This document shows positions 27,421-39,680 of a stretch of DNA of 64,000 nucleotides, in pieces. The stretch spans positions 2,805,061 to 2,869,060 of the forward strand of contig MU058423.1 of the NCBI GenBank assembly GCA_013265495.1, written 5' to 3'. This DNA comes from Vicugna vicugna. Lineage: Eukaryota. The notes below the pieces were generated by a model. It saw nothing but the letters and a program-made list of their open reading frames with translations. It did not search any database and had not been told where the DNA came from. The first letter of the stretch is position 1; each line of letters begins with the position of its first letter. The translations under genes and the position numbers were made by a program.

Positions 27421-30399
27421 GTACCAGCATCCCTCAGACCCCTGTCAGCCTCTTCCTGTGCTAGAGGAGGCGAAAGACAGTTGAAAAACATTTAAATCCT
27501 TTTATTCCCCTTCTCGCTCAAAAGTGGAGAACTGTTGCTTCTTGTTAAGGAAATTGAGGTGCAGAGAAAGGGAAACAAAGTTGTTAATAATTGGACAGAT
27601 TATATTATCATGTCAGGCAGCTTATTAATGTGGAGAACCAGCAACAACCCCCAGAAATCCTGACTTGGCCTTGGTGGCCAGGAGAGAAGTATATAAGGAG
27701 GAGAGAATAAAAAAGTAGAGAGAGAGAAGGTGATAGGACAGAAGCACCAAGAAAAGTGGTACAGGAGCTAAGAGGAAACTGGACTTCAGCAAACAGCCTG
27801 ACAGCCTGAGTTCAGCAGGTAGGGCGCTAGGTTTGAGGTTGTCTGTAAGACTGAGCAGAGAGCATGTGGTTCTGTCCTGAGAGGAGGTGGCATCACTGTG
27901 TATGGTCCATATGTCCCATCAATGCTTACAGGCCACCAAGGTGGACTCCCTAGAGTTCAGGACCATCCAGGCTTAAGGATTAGTTACTTGGCTGGCATAG
28001 GGTTAGTTGATTTTGCAAAGGGAAGAGAGTCCCTGGGTAGCCTGGTAGCAGTGTCAGTAAGAGGAGCTTCTTCACATCACAGGTAGTAATCTTATGGAAC
28101 TTGTTACCTGCAAAGGATAAAAAATGGATTTGGAAAAGAGAGCCAGCAAATAGCAGTCCTGTCCTCCCACATCGTATTCTCCCGAACTGCAGGTGACAGA
28201 GTACATGAGACTGAGCAAAACCCCAAGTCTGACCCAGCGTGTTTCCTCCTGTCTGGCTCATATCTGTATGTGGAATGGCCAGGGGTCCTTCCTCCTGTAC
28301 TTCCACAGGGGAAAGTATCACTCAGATTACTTTGATGTCACAGCAGGGCTAGAGCTGGTTGATACTGTGAAACTCTGATCCTTAACTGCACAGAGGCGAG
28401 GGTCTTAATTACCTGAGCTTCTGCCGTTGGCCAAGCATGCTGTGCTTCTTCAGAGCCCCATGCCTCTGCACGTGCTGTTGCTTCTGCACATGTGCTTGAG
28501 AAATGTGTACCTTGTGAGTGGGAAGGGTACGGTCCCTGAAATTTTGGATTGAACGGGTAAACTTCCTGCTGGAAGTTTCTCCCTGCTATTGGCAGGGTGA
28601 TGTCTCCTGTATCTTTTTGTTTTCCCTACCCTCTTCCCTAAATACTTGCCAGAAAACCTTGAAGTACAAGCAGCATCTATACATTCACCAAATATTCACT
28701 GAATACTTGCTGTGCACAGGGCAACAAAAAGTGGTAACAGGATGTTTGTTAGAGACTCTCCTGGTAAGATGCAAATAATTGTGTTGGAAACAGAGGTGGT
28801 AAGTGCCTTGGGGATTTAGAGAAGGGAGAGGCTATTCCATCCAGAGCTGAAAGGAGGTGGGTCAAAGGCTTTGTCAAGGAAGTGGCTTTTGAGCTGAGCC
28901 CTGATGAGCTGTAAGATTTGACCATGCACATCTGGGAACAAGCAGTTCATTAAAGCCAGTGGACTGATGTGAGCTTAGACACCCAACAGTGTGATCAGGA
29001 AGGGTGTGCTGGAAGATAGGCCGTGAGGGGAAATCACAGTGGTCATGATAAAGAAGTGAGTGGGTCCAGAAGGGGGATGCTCAGGCTAAGTTTCCAGATT
29101 AGATGGTGGAAAGGAAGGTAGTGTCATGGACAGACATAAGAAAATGACAGTAGAGGCTGGCACAAAGGAGGAAACGTGATGCGTTTTGAACATTTTATTT
29201 ATTTGAGGTTCTGTCAGCAGATTTTGGTGATGATGTCTAGCAGGTATTTGGCAGTATAGGAGTAGAGCTCAAGAGAGGTAAAACCTAGAAGCTTTAGTTG
29301 TAAAAAATAGTTAAGTTCACAAAGGGAGAACAGAATAGAGTAAGAAAATGAATTATAGGATCTTGGAGAACATCTGCCTGTGTTGGGTAGGAAGCGAGCA
29401 GAGCAAACAGTGACCAGAGAAACAGACGAGTGCAGCTCTGCAGGGCTGTGGTGGGTCGGGGCACAGCAGTGTGCCGGGTGCCCCGGAACCAGGTGGTCAA
29501 GGTGAACGAGACAGAGCCCCCCAGGTTGTATAACTGGCGGGCCCTGGGGTGCCTCAGACATTCATTTTCAAGGTTGCGGGGGTGGGGTGAATTTCAAATG
29601 CACAGAATAAAAAGTAAATGAGTAGAACAGAACAAGTTACAAATATTTTTAAAGAAATTTTGCCAGTAAGGGAGAGGATGGTGAAGGAAGAGGACAGATG
29701 CCAGCTAAGGAGAAGCCACTGGGTGAGTGGGGCTGGGGGTCCCTCCCACACTGTCACTGAAGCAAGGCCTTGGGGCAGTCAGGGGGATGGGGCTGAGGCT
29801 GCTCTTGTCGGGGGCTCAGCCTTGGAGAGGAGGCGGTATGTCACTCTGCAGAAAGCAGAGGAAGGAGAGCAGATGGGTGGCACTGTGGAGAGATGGGATA
29901 GAGTGGAGGGCAGGAAAGGTCATCCACATTGGAGGCAGGGACCATCTGAGAAGCTAAAAGGGACACAGAAATGGGGAAGGGGTGACACGCACCTCATGGG
30001 TGTAACATAACAAGTTATTTGGAGGTAAACAAAAGAATTGCTAAGTGTCCCTGAGTTCAGATCTGTTGCTGACGCCCTGTTTCTCTGTGTCTTAGTTCTG
30101 TGGGCCCCCACCCCCTGCAGGCTGCACTCTTTCCCTTCCCAGAGCCTGGGCGGTCTGTGTGGCACTCCTGGCTGCTGAGTCCTGAGACCACCAGGCCCAA
30201 AACATAAGCTGTTGTTCCCTCAATTAAGCCCTCTCCATGTGTGTGTTTCTTCCTAAACAGACCTCTTTGTATGTCACAGGCCTTCCTGAGCTGCCTTCTG
30301 GAATATTAACCATGCACTGTCCCACATAAAACCTTCTTTGCTAGTCACTTCCTGTCTTTTAGCAACTTTGAAAGATACCTTCTTTGCTGATTCTTGCAG

Positions 30400-30516
30400 T
30401 GATTTTGGCTACTTCCGTCCAGAAAATGACTCCAAGTGTGTGGAACAGCCAGAGCTGAAGGGCCACGACCTGGAGTTTTGTCTGTATGGGAGAGAAGAGC
30501 ACCTGACGACAAACGG
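30400..30516 (+). CDS. SORT1: Sortilin exon 16 ([13 protein letters not shown]...LTTNG)
   Basis: CAG/GTGAGA boundaries; 117 nt. Confidence 0.96.
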
Positions 30517-30603
30517 GTGAGATGGCTGGGTGTCCACCAGGCACAGTGAAAGCTGCTTCTCTCCACACAGATCTGAGCCCCGGTGGAGAGCACGCTAGAA
30601 AAA

Positions 30604-30770
30604 TACTGCCTAATAGAGCCCTTTGTGATGGTGGAAATGTTCTGAAATCTATGTCTGATACGGTAGCCACTAACCCTGTGTGGCTACTGACACTAGTGTG
30701 ACTGAGGAACAGGGATAATTTTGATTGATTTAAATGTAAATAGCCCCCACAGTAGACAGTGTTGCTCTAG
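30604..30770. mobile_element. MER3-like hAT element
   Basis: tgatggtggaaatgttct...acggtagccacta...tgtgactgaggaac. Confidence 0.7.
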
Positions 30771-31106
30771 AGGAGCCTCACTGCCTGCCCCCCAATAAAC
30801 ACTCCTCTGTCCCTTTTTTGTCCCACATGTTGACATGCTTTCCCCAGGTCACAGTTCTTTGGCACAGTTTCTTAAGGCAGAAAGGCAGCTTGTCCCTGCA
30901 GCAAGGCAAGGGATATGTGGTCTGTCCAAGGGCTGAAACTATATGGAATATCCCCAAAACATCCCTGTGGATCTCCCCCAAGGCCTGGAAGATAGTGTAA
31001 GGACCAGAAGCCTTTCTGTAGGTTGTCAAATCTTATTTTCAGGAAGTAAGCAAGAATCTAGGAGTACATCCTTGTATTCTGTTAACAAATTTTCTCTGCC
31101 GCTCAG

Positions 31107-31215
31107 ATACCGTAAAATTCCAGGAGACAGATGCCAGGGTGGAGTGAGTCCAGCTCGGGAAGTAAAAGACTTGAAAAAGAAATGCACGAGCAACTTTCTG
31201 AGTCCAGAAAAGCAG
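31107..31215 (+). CDS. SORT1: Sortilin exon 17 ([12 protein letters not shown]...FLSPEKQ)
   Basis: CAG/GTATGT boundaries; 109 nt. Confidence 0.96.
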
Positions 31216-32009
31216 GTATGTTAAAGTAGGTCTGGTTTAGGTACCAGTGGGGTTTCATGTTCTGCCAGGAGTAGTCAAGATGCAGCATCAAGAACCTTAT
31301 TACTGAATACAAGTGGCCAGACTGCCTCCGTCAGGCTTCCCTTCGCGCAGAAACTGTTAGGATGAAGGATGGATCACATAACCTGATGATAAGCTCATCT
31401 ACTGAAAACTTTTTTGTTGGGGAAAAAAATGGTATTCAGTGAAGTTTTTCCAAGTCTTAGAAGCATAGGGTTGAGGAAATTTCTGAGACTCGGAGTCATG
31501 TAGGAAAGACTCAAGAAGTGTGGCTGTAAAGCCCTGGAGTCTTTCTCACACATGTGGAAGAGCAGCAGACCATCGGTAGGGCAGATCTCTGCCTAGTTAT
31601 GCCAAGTGTGTTCAGAATGAAAACCTCAACTATGGTAATAATGGGCTGGTTTTGATTTAGAGGCAAGTTTTGGGGCTGATGACACATCTGTAGCAGTGAG
31701 CTATCTGGCTGGGATATGGTAAAGAGGAGACCTCTTGTTAGAGAAGCACTGGGCCAGGAGTGTGACTTGGGGCAGTAAACTGTGGGCCCCAGTTTCCTAA
31801 TCTGGGAATTGAGAGGTGGACAATCTGCAGTCCCCTCCTGTTTAACCTTCCAAGGGGTAAGGGCCTGAAGAGGGGTGGGATTAAGAAGGCAGTGGGAGAA
31901 GAATGTGTGGGTGTGTGTATTTGTCAGGGGGCAAGTTCCTCCTCGTCTGCATCCCCGCCCTGCACTCCTGGTGGCTGTCCTCAGAGTGTTTGTGTGTGTG
32001 ATTGCACAG

Positions 32010-32108
32010 GACTCCCGCCCACAGGGACACAACTTGTCCCAGAATCCAGCTCCGCCTCCTCTTGGATTCATTGAAAACACACACTCCCTATCTCCCACCC
32101 AGAAGCAG
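32010..32108 (+). CDS. SORT1: Sortilin alternative cassette exon 17b (DSRPQGHNLSQNPAPPPLGFIENTHSLSPTQKQ)
   Basis: 99 nt, phase 0/0, no stop codon, CAG/GTAGGT boundaries, TG repeats just upstream; resembles the mouse exon 17b peptide as recalled. Confidence 0.88.
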
Positions 32109-32633
32109 GTAGGTCACACTCAAACAATGATATGAAAAAGCTTATTTATAAGAACATACCAAAAATTAAGTAAAAAATAAATCTTGGTGTCATAGGATGG
32201 CCTCCCTGACATAGCATTGGCACAGCCTCTTCCCAGGTAATGGCCCTGTTCTAGATTCATTCAGCCCACTTATTATCGTAGTCTGCCTCTCCTGGTCCAC
32301 CTTTAAAGCTCCAGGACTTACGAACAGTGGTAGTGGGGAACAGTCACAGTTACCATTTGATCTAGGCAGTTGCTTTCAGTGTAACTTTGACATTGGAGCC
32401 CCTGAGTTTGCACCGTTCTGACAGCTTCAAGGCAGTTAAGTCCTCTGCCAGCTGTGATACTCTCCTGGTAGCACCGAGATGGGGGGGTTGGAAAAGTATC
32501 ATCACTAAGTTCCCAGAGAATGCAGATCACACATTCAACAGAGAAGTGAGGGAAATGAGTAGCCTCTTTTTTGAACTCAGTCCTGGAATATGCACACCCA
32601 AAATTATTTGTGTTTGTGTTTTAATTTATCAAG

Positions 32634-32740
32634 AATTCCAAGTCGAATTCTGTTCCAATTATCCTGGCAACTGTGGGATTGATGCTGGTCACAGTCGTAG
32701 CAGGAGTGCTCATTGTGAAGAAATACGTCTGTGGGGGAAG
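32634..32740 (+). CDS. SORT1: Sortilin exon 18, transmembrane helix ([36 protein letters not shown])
   Basis: AAG/GTAAGG boundaries; 107 nt; hydrophobic stretch followed by KK. Confidence 0.96.
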
Positions 32741-32989
32741 GTAAGGAACACGGAAGTCAATCAAACCAGAAAGTCAGCCAAGGGCAGGTGGTTTGGCAAA
32801 AGCTGGAGTGATGTTCCCGAAGCATTAGGCCCAAGTCTTCTCTTACGTTTTCTATATGCCAACTATGGGCAGTGCTTCCATTATGTGTGACTCATTCTGT
32901 GAGTGTGTAAAACTCAGAAAATCCACAGTCCTATTTAAAAACGCATCCTTCCTCACTGCGTGAGGGTTAACGGCGGCTTCTACCCACAG

Positions 32990-33113
32990 GTTCCTGGTGC
33001 ATCGATACTCTGTGCTCCAGCAGCATGCAGAGGCCAATGGTGTGGACGGTGTGGATGCTTTGGACACAGCCTCCCACACTAATAAAAGTGGTTATCACGA
33101 TGACTCAGATGAG
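32990..33113 (+). CDS. SORT1: Sortilin exon 19, cytoplasmic tail (FLVHRYSVL...HDDSDE)
   Basis: CAG/GTGAGA boundaries; 124 nt; YSVL tyrosine sorting motif. Confidence 0.97.
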
Positions 33114-33330
33114 GTGAGATTATTTCTTCTTGAAGGGTGGTCCAGAAATTTTAAAAAGAGTGATTCTATTCTTACTCATGATTAAGATTTGATTGAAGCA
33201 AAGGATGGTGTAAGCTAGAAGCAGCAACTTCATGACTGTAAGACTTGGCCGGTCTGGAAACTAAGTAATGGCTTCCAAAAATAAGGACTTTTTGGTCTGT
33301 AAATAATATGGGGTATGTCTTTCTTTTCAG

Positions 33331-33345
33331 GACCTCCTGGAATAG
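33331..33345 (+). CDS. SORT1: Sortilin exon 20, coding part (DLLE*)
   Basis: ttttcag/GAC CTC CTG GAA TAG completes the acidic dileucine motif DDSDEDLL. Confidence 0.96.
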   Translation, partial: DLLE

Positions 33346-36300
33346 CTCGTCAAACAAGCTGGGACCGAGCTGGATGATGGAACCGCAGTACCTCTTACAC
33401 TCCCTGTGGCTCCGACTTGGGGAAATAAATTTCCCATTGCGAGGGACCCAGCTCTGTTTCTGCTGCTTCCATCAAAGCCAAAAGGACCTACACTAAAGAA
33501 ATGGGTGGGGGGGACCTAAACACTCTTATAATTGGCTCTGAGAAGAGAGGGAAATTTTTTAATTCTTTAACTTTTCAAGTTCTGTCTTTTTGCAAGGTAC
33601 GGGCCCTTTTGGTTTTGGTTTTGGTTTTGTTTTTTAAGGGAAATGAAATGGAATTGAAGGGAACTTTTCACTAACCCCACTATTGCATGTTTTGCATGGC
33701 GCCTACCCGGGGCACCTGCCAGCTTCAGCATCAGCTTGGTGCTGTCCGTGAGCTCTGCTGCCGACTCGGAGCAGCTGCAGAGATGAGCACGGAGGCCGCG
33801 ATGACTGGCACCGCCTGGGCAGCCTTTCTCCATCTGGGGACAGCCCTGCTCCAGCACCATTGCACACCAGCGCCTCACACAGATCCTTGCTTTTTGTTGT
33901 GTTTTGTTTTGTTTTTTTTCAGGGACATAGACCACAGTGATTTTTCTTTTCCCTTGTTTAATTAGGCAATACCCTTCTTAATTGCCCTTTGGCAACTAAC
34001 TTAACCATGTGCTTCCAAAACACTAAATCAGGAAAACTTAAAGGGCAATATTTTTAACTTGGGGCAGGAAGAAGGGAGCAGCAGAGAATTGACTAGATTT
34101 AACACCTATTAAAGGAGAAATTCTTACTTCTGCCGAGATCTTTCAAGCCATGCTTTGTGTGTGTGCCAGTGGACTTGCTCAAGGACAGGGTTCAGGCTTG
34201 CCTGGGCAGAGTGCCCAGGCCGATGGAGCGGCCGGCGGCGGGCACGGTGCAGCCCCTGAGGACTGCACGTCACAGTCTTCCACGTCCCCCTCTGCCTGTT
34301 GCGCCGGCTCCGCGGTGAATCGTTAGAATGGCTGCTTACTTGCTTCCTCCTAGGTTGCTGTTGTACATGGAGCCTTGGCGAGATAGGTTTTCCGATTTAT
34401 AGGCTCTTTTTTAAAAAATTGGCGTTTTACCAGGCTCTCCTCCTCACCCCTTTTCCCCAGCTTTGCCAAGTAGTTTGTTCGCATGAAACTTTTGGCTGAA
34501 CCAACTGAAAATACACTTCTAGTGTAGATGATGTTTTGTGTGATACATCAAGTTCATATTTTGAATTTTAAAAAGTTTTCCATTTGACATTTTAAAAATG
34601 AAATAAATTAGAGAATGTAGCGAGGTGGATTTTGGGGTGGCCATGTAGTAATGGAAAGCTGCAATAATTCGTTTTAATAGAGCTCGACTATTTGATATAC
34701 AGGAACATAGCAGTACATTTTCAATCTTAGCATACCTGCTGTGGTGGTCACAGTTTCTGCCATTAATTATGATAGGGACATTCTTTGGTAACTGCCATTT
34801 TGCTGTTAGTTCATTTTATGGCTAGAAAGTCAGTAAAAAGTAAATGTGCCAAATTGACTTTTGTCAGAATGTGTGAGCAGATGGCTCAGTTCTCTCCTCA
34901 CCAGAATGGATTAACAGCAGCAGGGAAAGAGGGGGAGGGAGTGGATGAAGAATTTTAGAGACTTTGAAACTGCAGTAAAATTAAGTGAGTCAGGGAGTTT
35001 CAGTTGGAAAATAAGATTAGGGCAGTTTTTATGAAGAGCATTTATATTTGTTAGAACCAGAGAGCACTAGTCTTTTAGGAAAAGCTCATTCATTTTGCAA
35101 GGTTTTTAAATTAAAAATAGTTCCAAAGCTATACCAGCTCACAAATGATAACGTATCAGCCTTTGTCCTGGGCAGAAAAAACCTGCTCACACGCTACGCC
35201 TTTTCTCCCCACATACACCCATGGGGTGGACGTGCCATCCGTGGTGATTCTCTTGCTGGCTCTAAGATGTAGGAAAGCTAATATTCTTCTCTAACCATGT
35301 AAGATTAGGGCTCTTTGCCTATAATGATATCTGGGATTTCTGTGGAACTTGGCAGTTTTCACAGTACTTTTTCACTTGCATTATGTCACTTGAACCTCAC
35401 AAATTTTCATGAGATTAAAAAAAAAAAAGAAAAGGCAGGGGTTGCGATCCCCATTAGAGGTGGAACTAAGGTACGAAATGGAGCCAGTTGTTAGGGTCCT
35501 TGCGTGGCTCGAGCAGTGTCGGTGGCTGTCCTCGGATGTCGCACGCATTTTGGCGCGCGCCGCTGCCGGCCGCCTGGGGCAGGGCTGCTGGCTTGTACAG
35601 GACCTGCTGTTCTGTCGGACAGGGATCATGGTGTTTCTTTTAGAGCGCGACTGAGCGCTTTTCTGCCACCTTGGTAAACAAATTTTATTCTCCTATTTTT
35701 CATAGCTGAAAACAAAAGTAATGGTAGTTTTGAATTTGTGTTTAGAAACCGCCCCTCACCTCGTTGAAGGTCACTGTTCAAGAGTGCAGGGCTGGAATCC
35801 GCACTGAGGAGTCACCCCTCCCCATTCTCCGTGCTTTCCCATCCCTAGCCAGCTAGCTAGCTCAGTTGGTTTGAGGACTGCTAACAGGTCCAGTCTGTTA
35901 GCTTTCTGCATCAGCCTGCTCACTCACAAGTGTGTGCCCTCTGCCAGAGAGTAAAACAGCCTAAATCCATGACAGCGTCTAAGAAAAAAAGATTTCTGGT
36001 TTGTCCTACTGATGTTAGGTTAGGAGCTTTATCTTTGGAAATGAAATAAAGCATAGTATCGTACAAAGTCTCAGGTGTGATGAAAGCAGAAGAGATTATT
36101 TCAGCAATAAAATTTAGCATCGTAAGCTAGATTGGACATATCAGACCGTCCAAAGTGATCTGAGCTCTGAAATCCAGGTGGAGATGCCTTGGACTTAAAG
36201 GGGCTTTTGGTTTTTAGTGAGACCAGAGACCAGGGGCACGTACACCCAGACTGTTCATCGAATGGGAACACGGCTCAGAGGAGTAGAAGTGTTTGGAGGG

Positions 36301-37846
36301 TTGTGGTGGTTCTAGGCTGGGCTCAGGAGACTCGGTAGGTTAGCTGTAACTGAAGCTTAGAATTTGCTGGCTGCCTCTGAATAGGCTTTCTAGTGTGTCT
36401 CTCTCTCACTCTTAGGTTCGCCTCTGGGCCTCTGCATGCCCAAGCTTGCCTTTCATCCCTGACAGATAAGTAATGTGCTGGCCACCACTGGCTCTTTAAA
36501 CCATAGCTGGCTCTCCCATGGCCTTCATCATGGTGCCAGGATGGAGAGAGGAGTTCAGGGCCACCCACTTCTGCCCCAGGTGGCAGGACTAGCCCGGCTT
36601 CAGTCATTTCTTTATTTTCCAGGCAATGACCCAGGTAGAGAGATTGTCTCTTTCCTTTGAAGAGAGCTCTAAAGAGCCCTGCCCCCATATGCAAGGGCTT
36701 AGGGCTCGCCCTGCTTCTTGTTGGTACCTCCCCCTTGCCCCGTGTGAAGCCTGGATACTTGGAACTGCTAAAATAGGAAGAGATTCAGGTTTTCAACTTT
36801 GCCACTACCTTCCCTCAAGCAGGAAAATAAACATGGACTTACCCGTCCTTTGATCAAAAACCAAAGTTTAAGATTTGCCACGTGATAGAGAGGGCCAGAC
36901 TCTCAGCACCTGCACTCAGCAGGTGCCGGACTTCCTGTCCCATCTGCCGCGATTTACCCAGCTCAGGCAGCCCTGGGAGCAGAGTCCTAGCAGAGCCCAG
37001 GCCTCCCCTGATGGAGGATAAGTGAAATGGCAGGAATATTTTGAGATTTCTAGGTTACTTTGCATTATAACAATAAGAATTAGAACATTAATTTGAAATT
37101 GGCTTCAACAACTTGCTGTACACATCTTTTCCACACCAGTACATTCTTAAGCATCCTTGTTTATAAAGAATAACATAAACTAATCTGTACCTTTCTATAT
37201 ATATGTGTGTACATATATACATGTATAAACTGTATAGTGTACATGTTAATGATTTATTGAAATGTCCCAAATCTTTAATGCAGTTCTCATCCTCTGCATG
37301 CCCACAGTTTGTGATCGGGTGACTTGAATGTTGCCTGATGATTCTGCCCACCTGATGTGTTTGGTTGTCTAGGAAGGAGGGTTTTGATGGTATCCTCCTT
37401 ATCCTCGTGCACAGAAATGCTCAGGGTCCCTATGTGCCTATTGTCCAACCCTCTCTTGTCTCTTGTTCCCTATCTGAGCATGTGGTCCCTCCTTGTTCTC
37501 TAACTTCTCTACCCTCTCCCCAAGCTGTGGGACAGCTGTCTTCCTACTAAAGTGTAAAGCAGTATTAAGATCATTACTGCATGTGCGCTAAAAACCCAAG
37601 TTTTCTGTTCCCTTGGGACAGAAAATTGCATGTGAGGTGGGATAATCAAGTTTCAATGAGCCATGTCAGTTACACCACAAAGCCAGATCCCAGAATAAAA
37701 TTCCACAAAATGGAAATAAAACTCAAATTTCTTTAGCATTCTGTAAATAAATCTGGACGTGTTTAACTTTGTACTGGTAATTTTCTGTATATTTGCAATA
37801 TTTGGGTTAGAAATAAAACAGACTGGACTTTGTTACCTGACCTACC
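33346..37846 (+). other. SORT1: SORT1 long 3'UTR (3' end approximate)
   Basis: Repeat-poor sequence after the stop, ending in a cluster of AATAAA signals. Confidence 0.8.
37694..37817 (+). terminator. SORT1 polyadenylation signal cluster
   Basis: AATAAA at 37694, 37715, 37746 and 37812. Confidence 0.75.
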
Positions 37847-39200
37847 AAAATGACTAGGCTACAGTTTGTTAACATGAAAGCTTTTCCAGTTTTCTAGCCT
37901 CAAATATCGAACTCCAGCAACCAGAGAATAAGTCAATTAAAGAGCCAGGACTATGTGTTCATAGTACAAAAGGTATTAGATACTTTATGGGGAAAACTAC
38001 TCACTTTTTTCTTACTTAGGCTTACAGAAGTCTACCTCCCATGGATATTTGTAAAACCAGCTTTCTTGTTACTCCCTGAAAGTCTAGGTGACCCATCCCA
38101 CATACCTTCTCAGTTTCGATTGCTGCAGTCTTCCTTCTGGACAAAGCAACATATCATTACTCTCTTCAATTACACGTTCTTGTAGCAGGTTTGACAAATG
38201 ACAACACTGAGAAGTTTAACTTAAGTATCTTTCCACTTGCCCCTCTTATGTTTCTCTTGCTGCTCTTACTCATAGTCCTTCCTGATTCGTTTCATTTAAG
38301 GATGTTTGAAGAGTTGCAACTTTCCTCTCTTCCAAAATATTTGTCGTAGGAGAGGTTCCTGCCACCCCTGCCCCGAGGCTTTAGCTAAGCCTGACGACTG
38401 CTTCTCAGCTGGCCATCCTGGAAGGTATTTCCATGAATGCTGCTGTCATGGCCTGAAGATGACAAGGCAAAGACCTCATTCTTGAGGAGCCTGCGGTCTG
38501 GTCTTGAAGGCCCCCAGGAGATAATCTAAGGTGGTTTTCAGGAATTCTATCTAGCATAGTGTTCTAAGACTTTCTGCAACAGAATCAGTAGGTTGCCTTT
38601 TAAAATGCAGATCCCACCAGACCTATTAAATTAGCCTTTCCGATGGACAAGACCTTAGGAATCTGCAATTTTTTATTTGATTCTTTCATACCTTCACTGC
38701 AACGAAGAGCTAAGATCGAGAGCCTAGGCCAGTCTCATCGAAGCATAGGTTAAATGGGGTATAAGAGGGGGCCTTCAGAGTTCCCTGGCGTGGGGACTGT
38801 TTGGACTCCTAAGGGCCTTGGCTGGGTCAGACAAGAGAAATAGGTCAGAGAGGCCTTTACACAAGTGCTGACATGACACAGTGCAGCCTCTTACCAACCC
38901 ATCCTAGCTCCTGAACAGCTTCCTGGGCCTGAGGTGTGTCTACTGCTTATCGTGGTCCTCAGCCCCTGTACAGGTTGCAAAAATGAGTTCTGGGTCTCTG
39001 TCCCACACAGGCTCCCGGGATCCTATTGACTGTCCCCAGATCGAGGGCTAAAGAGGAAAAATGAGCAAGGAGCTCATTCATTAAACCCCACTCATTTGTT
39101 TCCATAAAAAAATAAAGGCGTGGTGGGGATGGAAGGGGGTATGCAGGAACTCTACTTTCCACTCAGCTTTGCTGTGAACGTAAAACATCTCTTAAAAAGT

Positions 39201-39203
<3 letters not shown>

Positions 39204-39250
<47 letters not shown>
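39204..39250. repeat. (TG)n microsatellite
   Basis: Read directly from the sequence. Confidence 0.95.
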
Positions 39251-39253
<3 letters not shown>

Positions 39254-39680
39254 TCACAGAGGGGATGCCAGCTTCTGGAGATGAGAAAGTGACAGTATGA
39301 TGGGAAACCAGATCATTTGGATAGAGTGTACAGAACACACAGAATGATGGCGGTTTGGTGAGCCTCATACAGGATCTTTAGTGTGTAACTAACACCTACT
39401 GTGCTCTGGCCACTTTCATATACTTCTGATGTTTTATCCTCAGCACAGTCGTAGGTAGCATCATCATCCCTTGTTTCATAGACCAGGGACCTGAGGTTCA
39501 GATTACTCTGATTTCCCCACAGTCACCTAGCAAATGTGTGAGTAGTAGAGCCCAGAGTCACACTCAAGCCCTCTGACCTTATGCCCCTGGCTCTCCTCCC
39601 TCCACCACTGCTGCCTTTCACTTCATCTGTACTTCTCTCATAGGCAAGAGAGCTCTGAAAGGGGCAAGCGCTAGCCCGAC

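Noticed and set aside
31511..32098. 195-aa antisense ORF over exon 17b
   Set aside because: Low-complexity THTHT translation from TG repeats; no recognisable domain or splice support.
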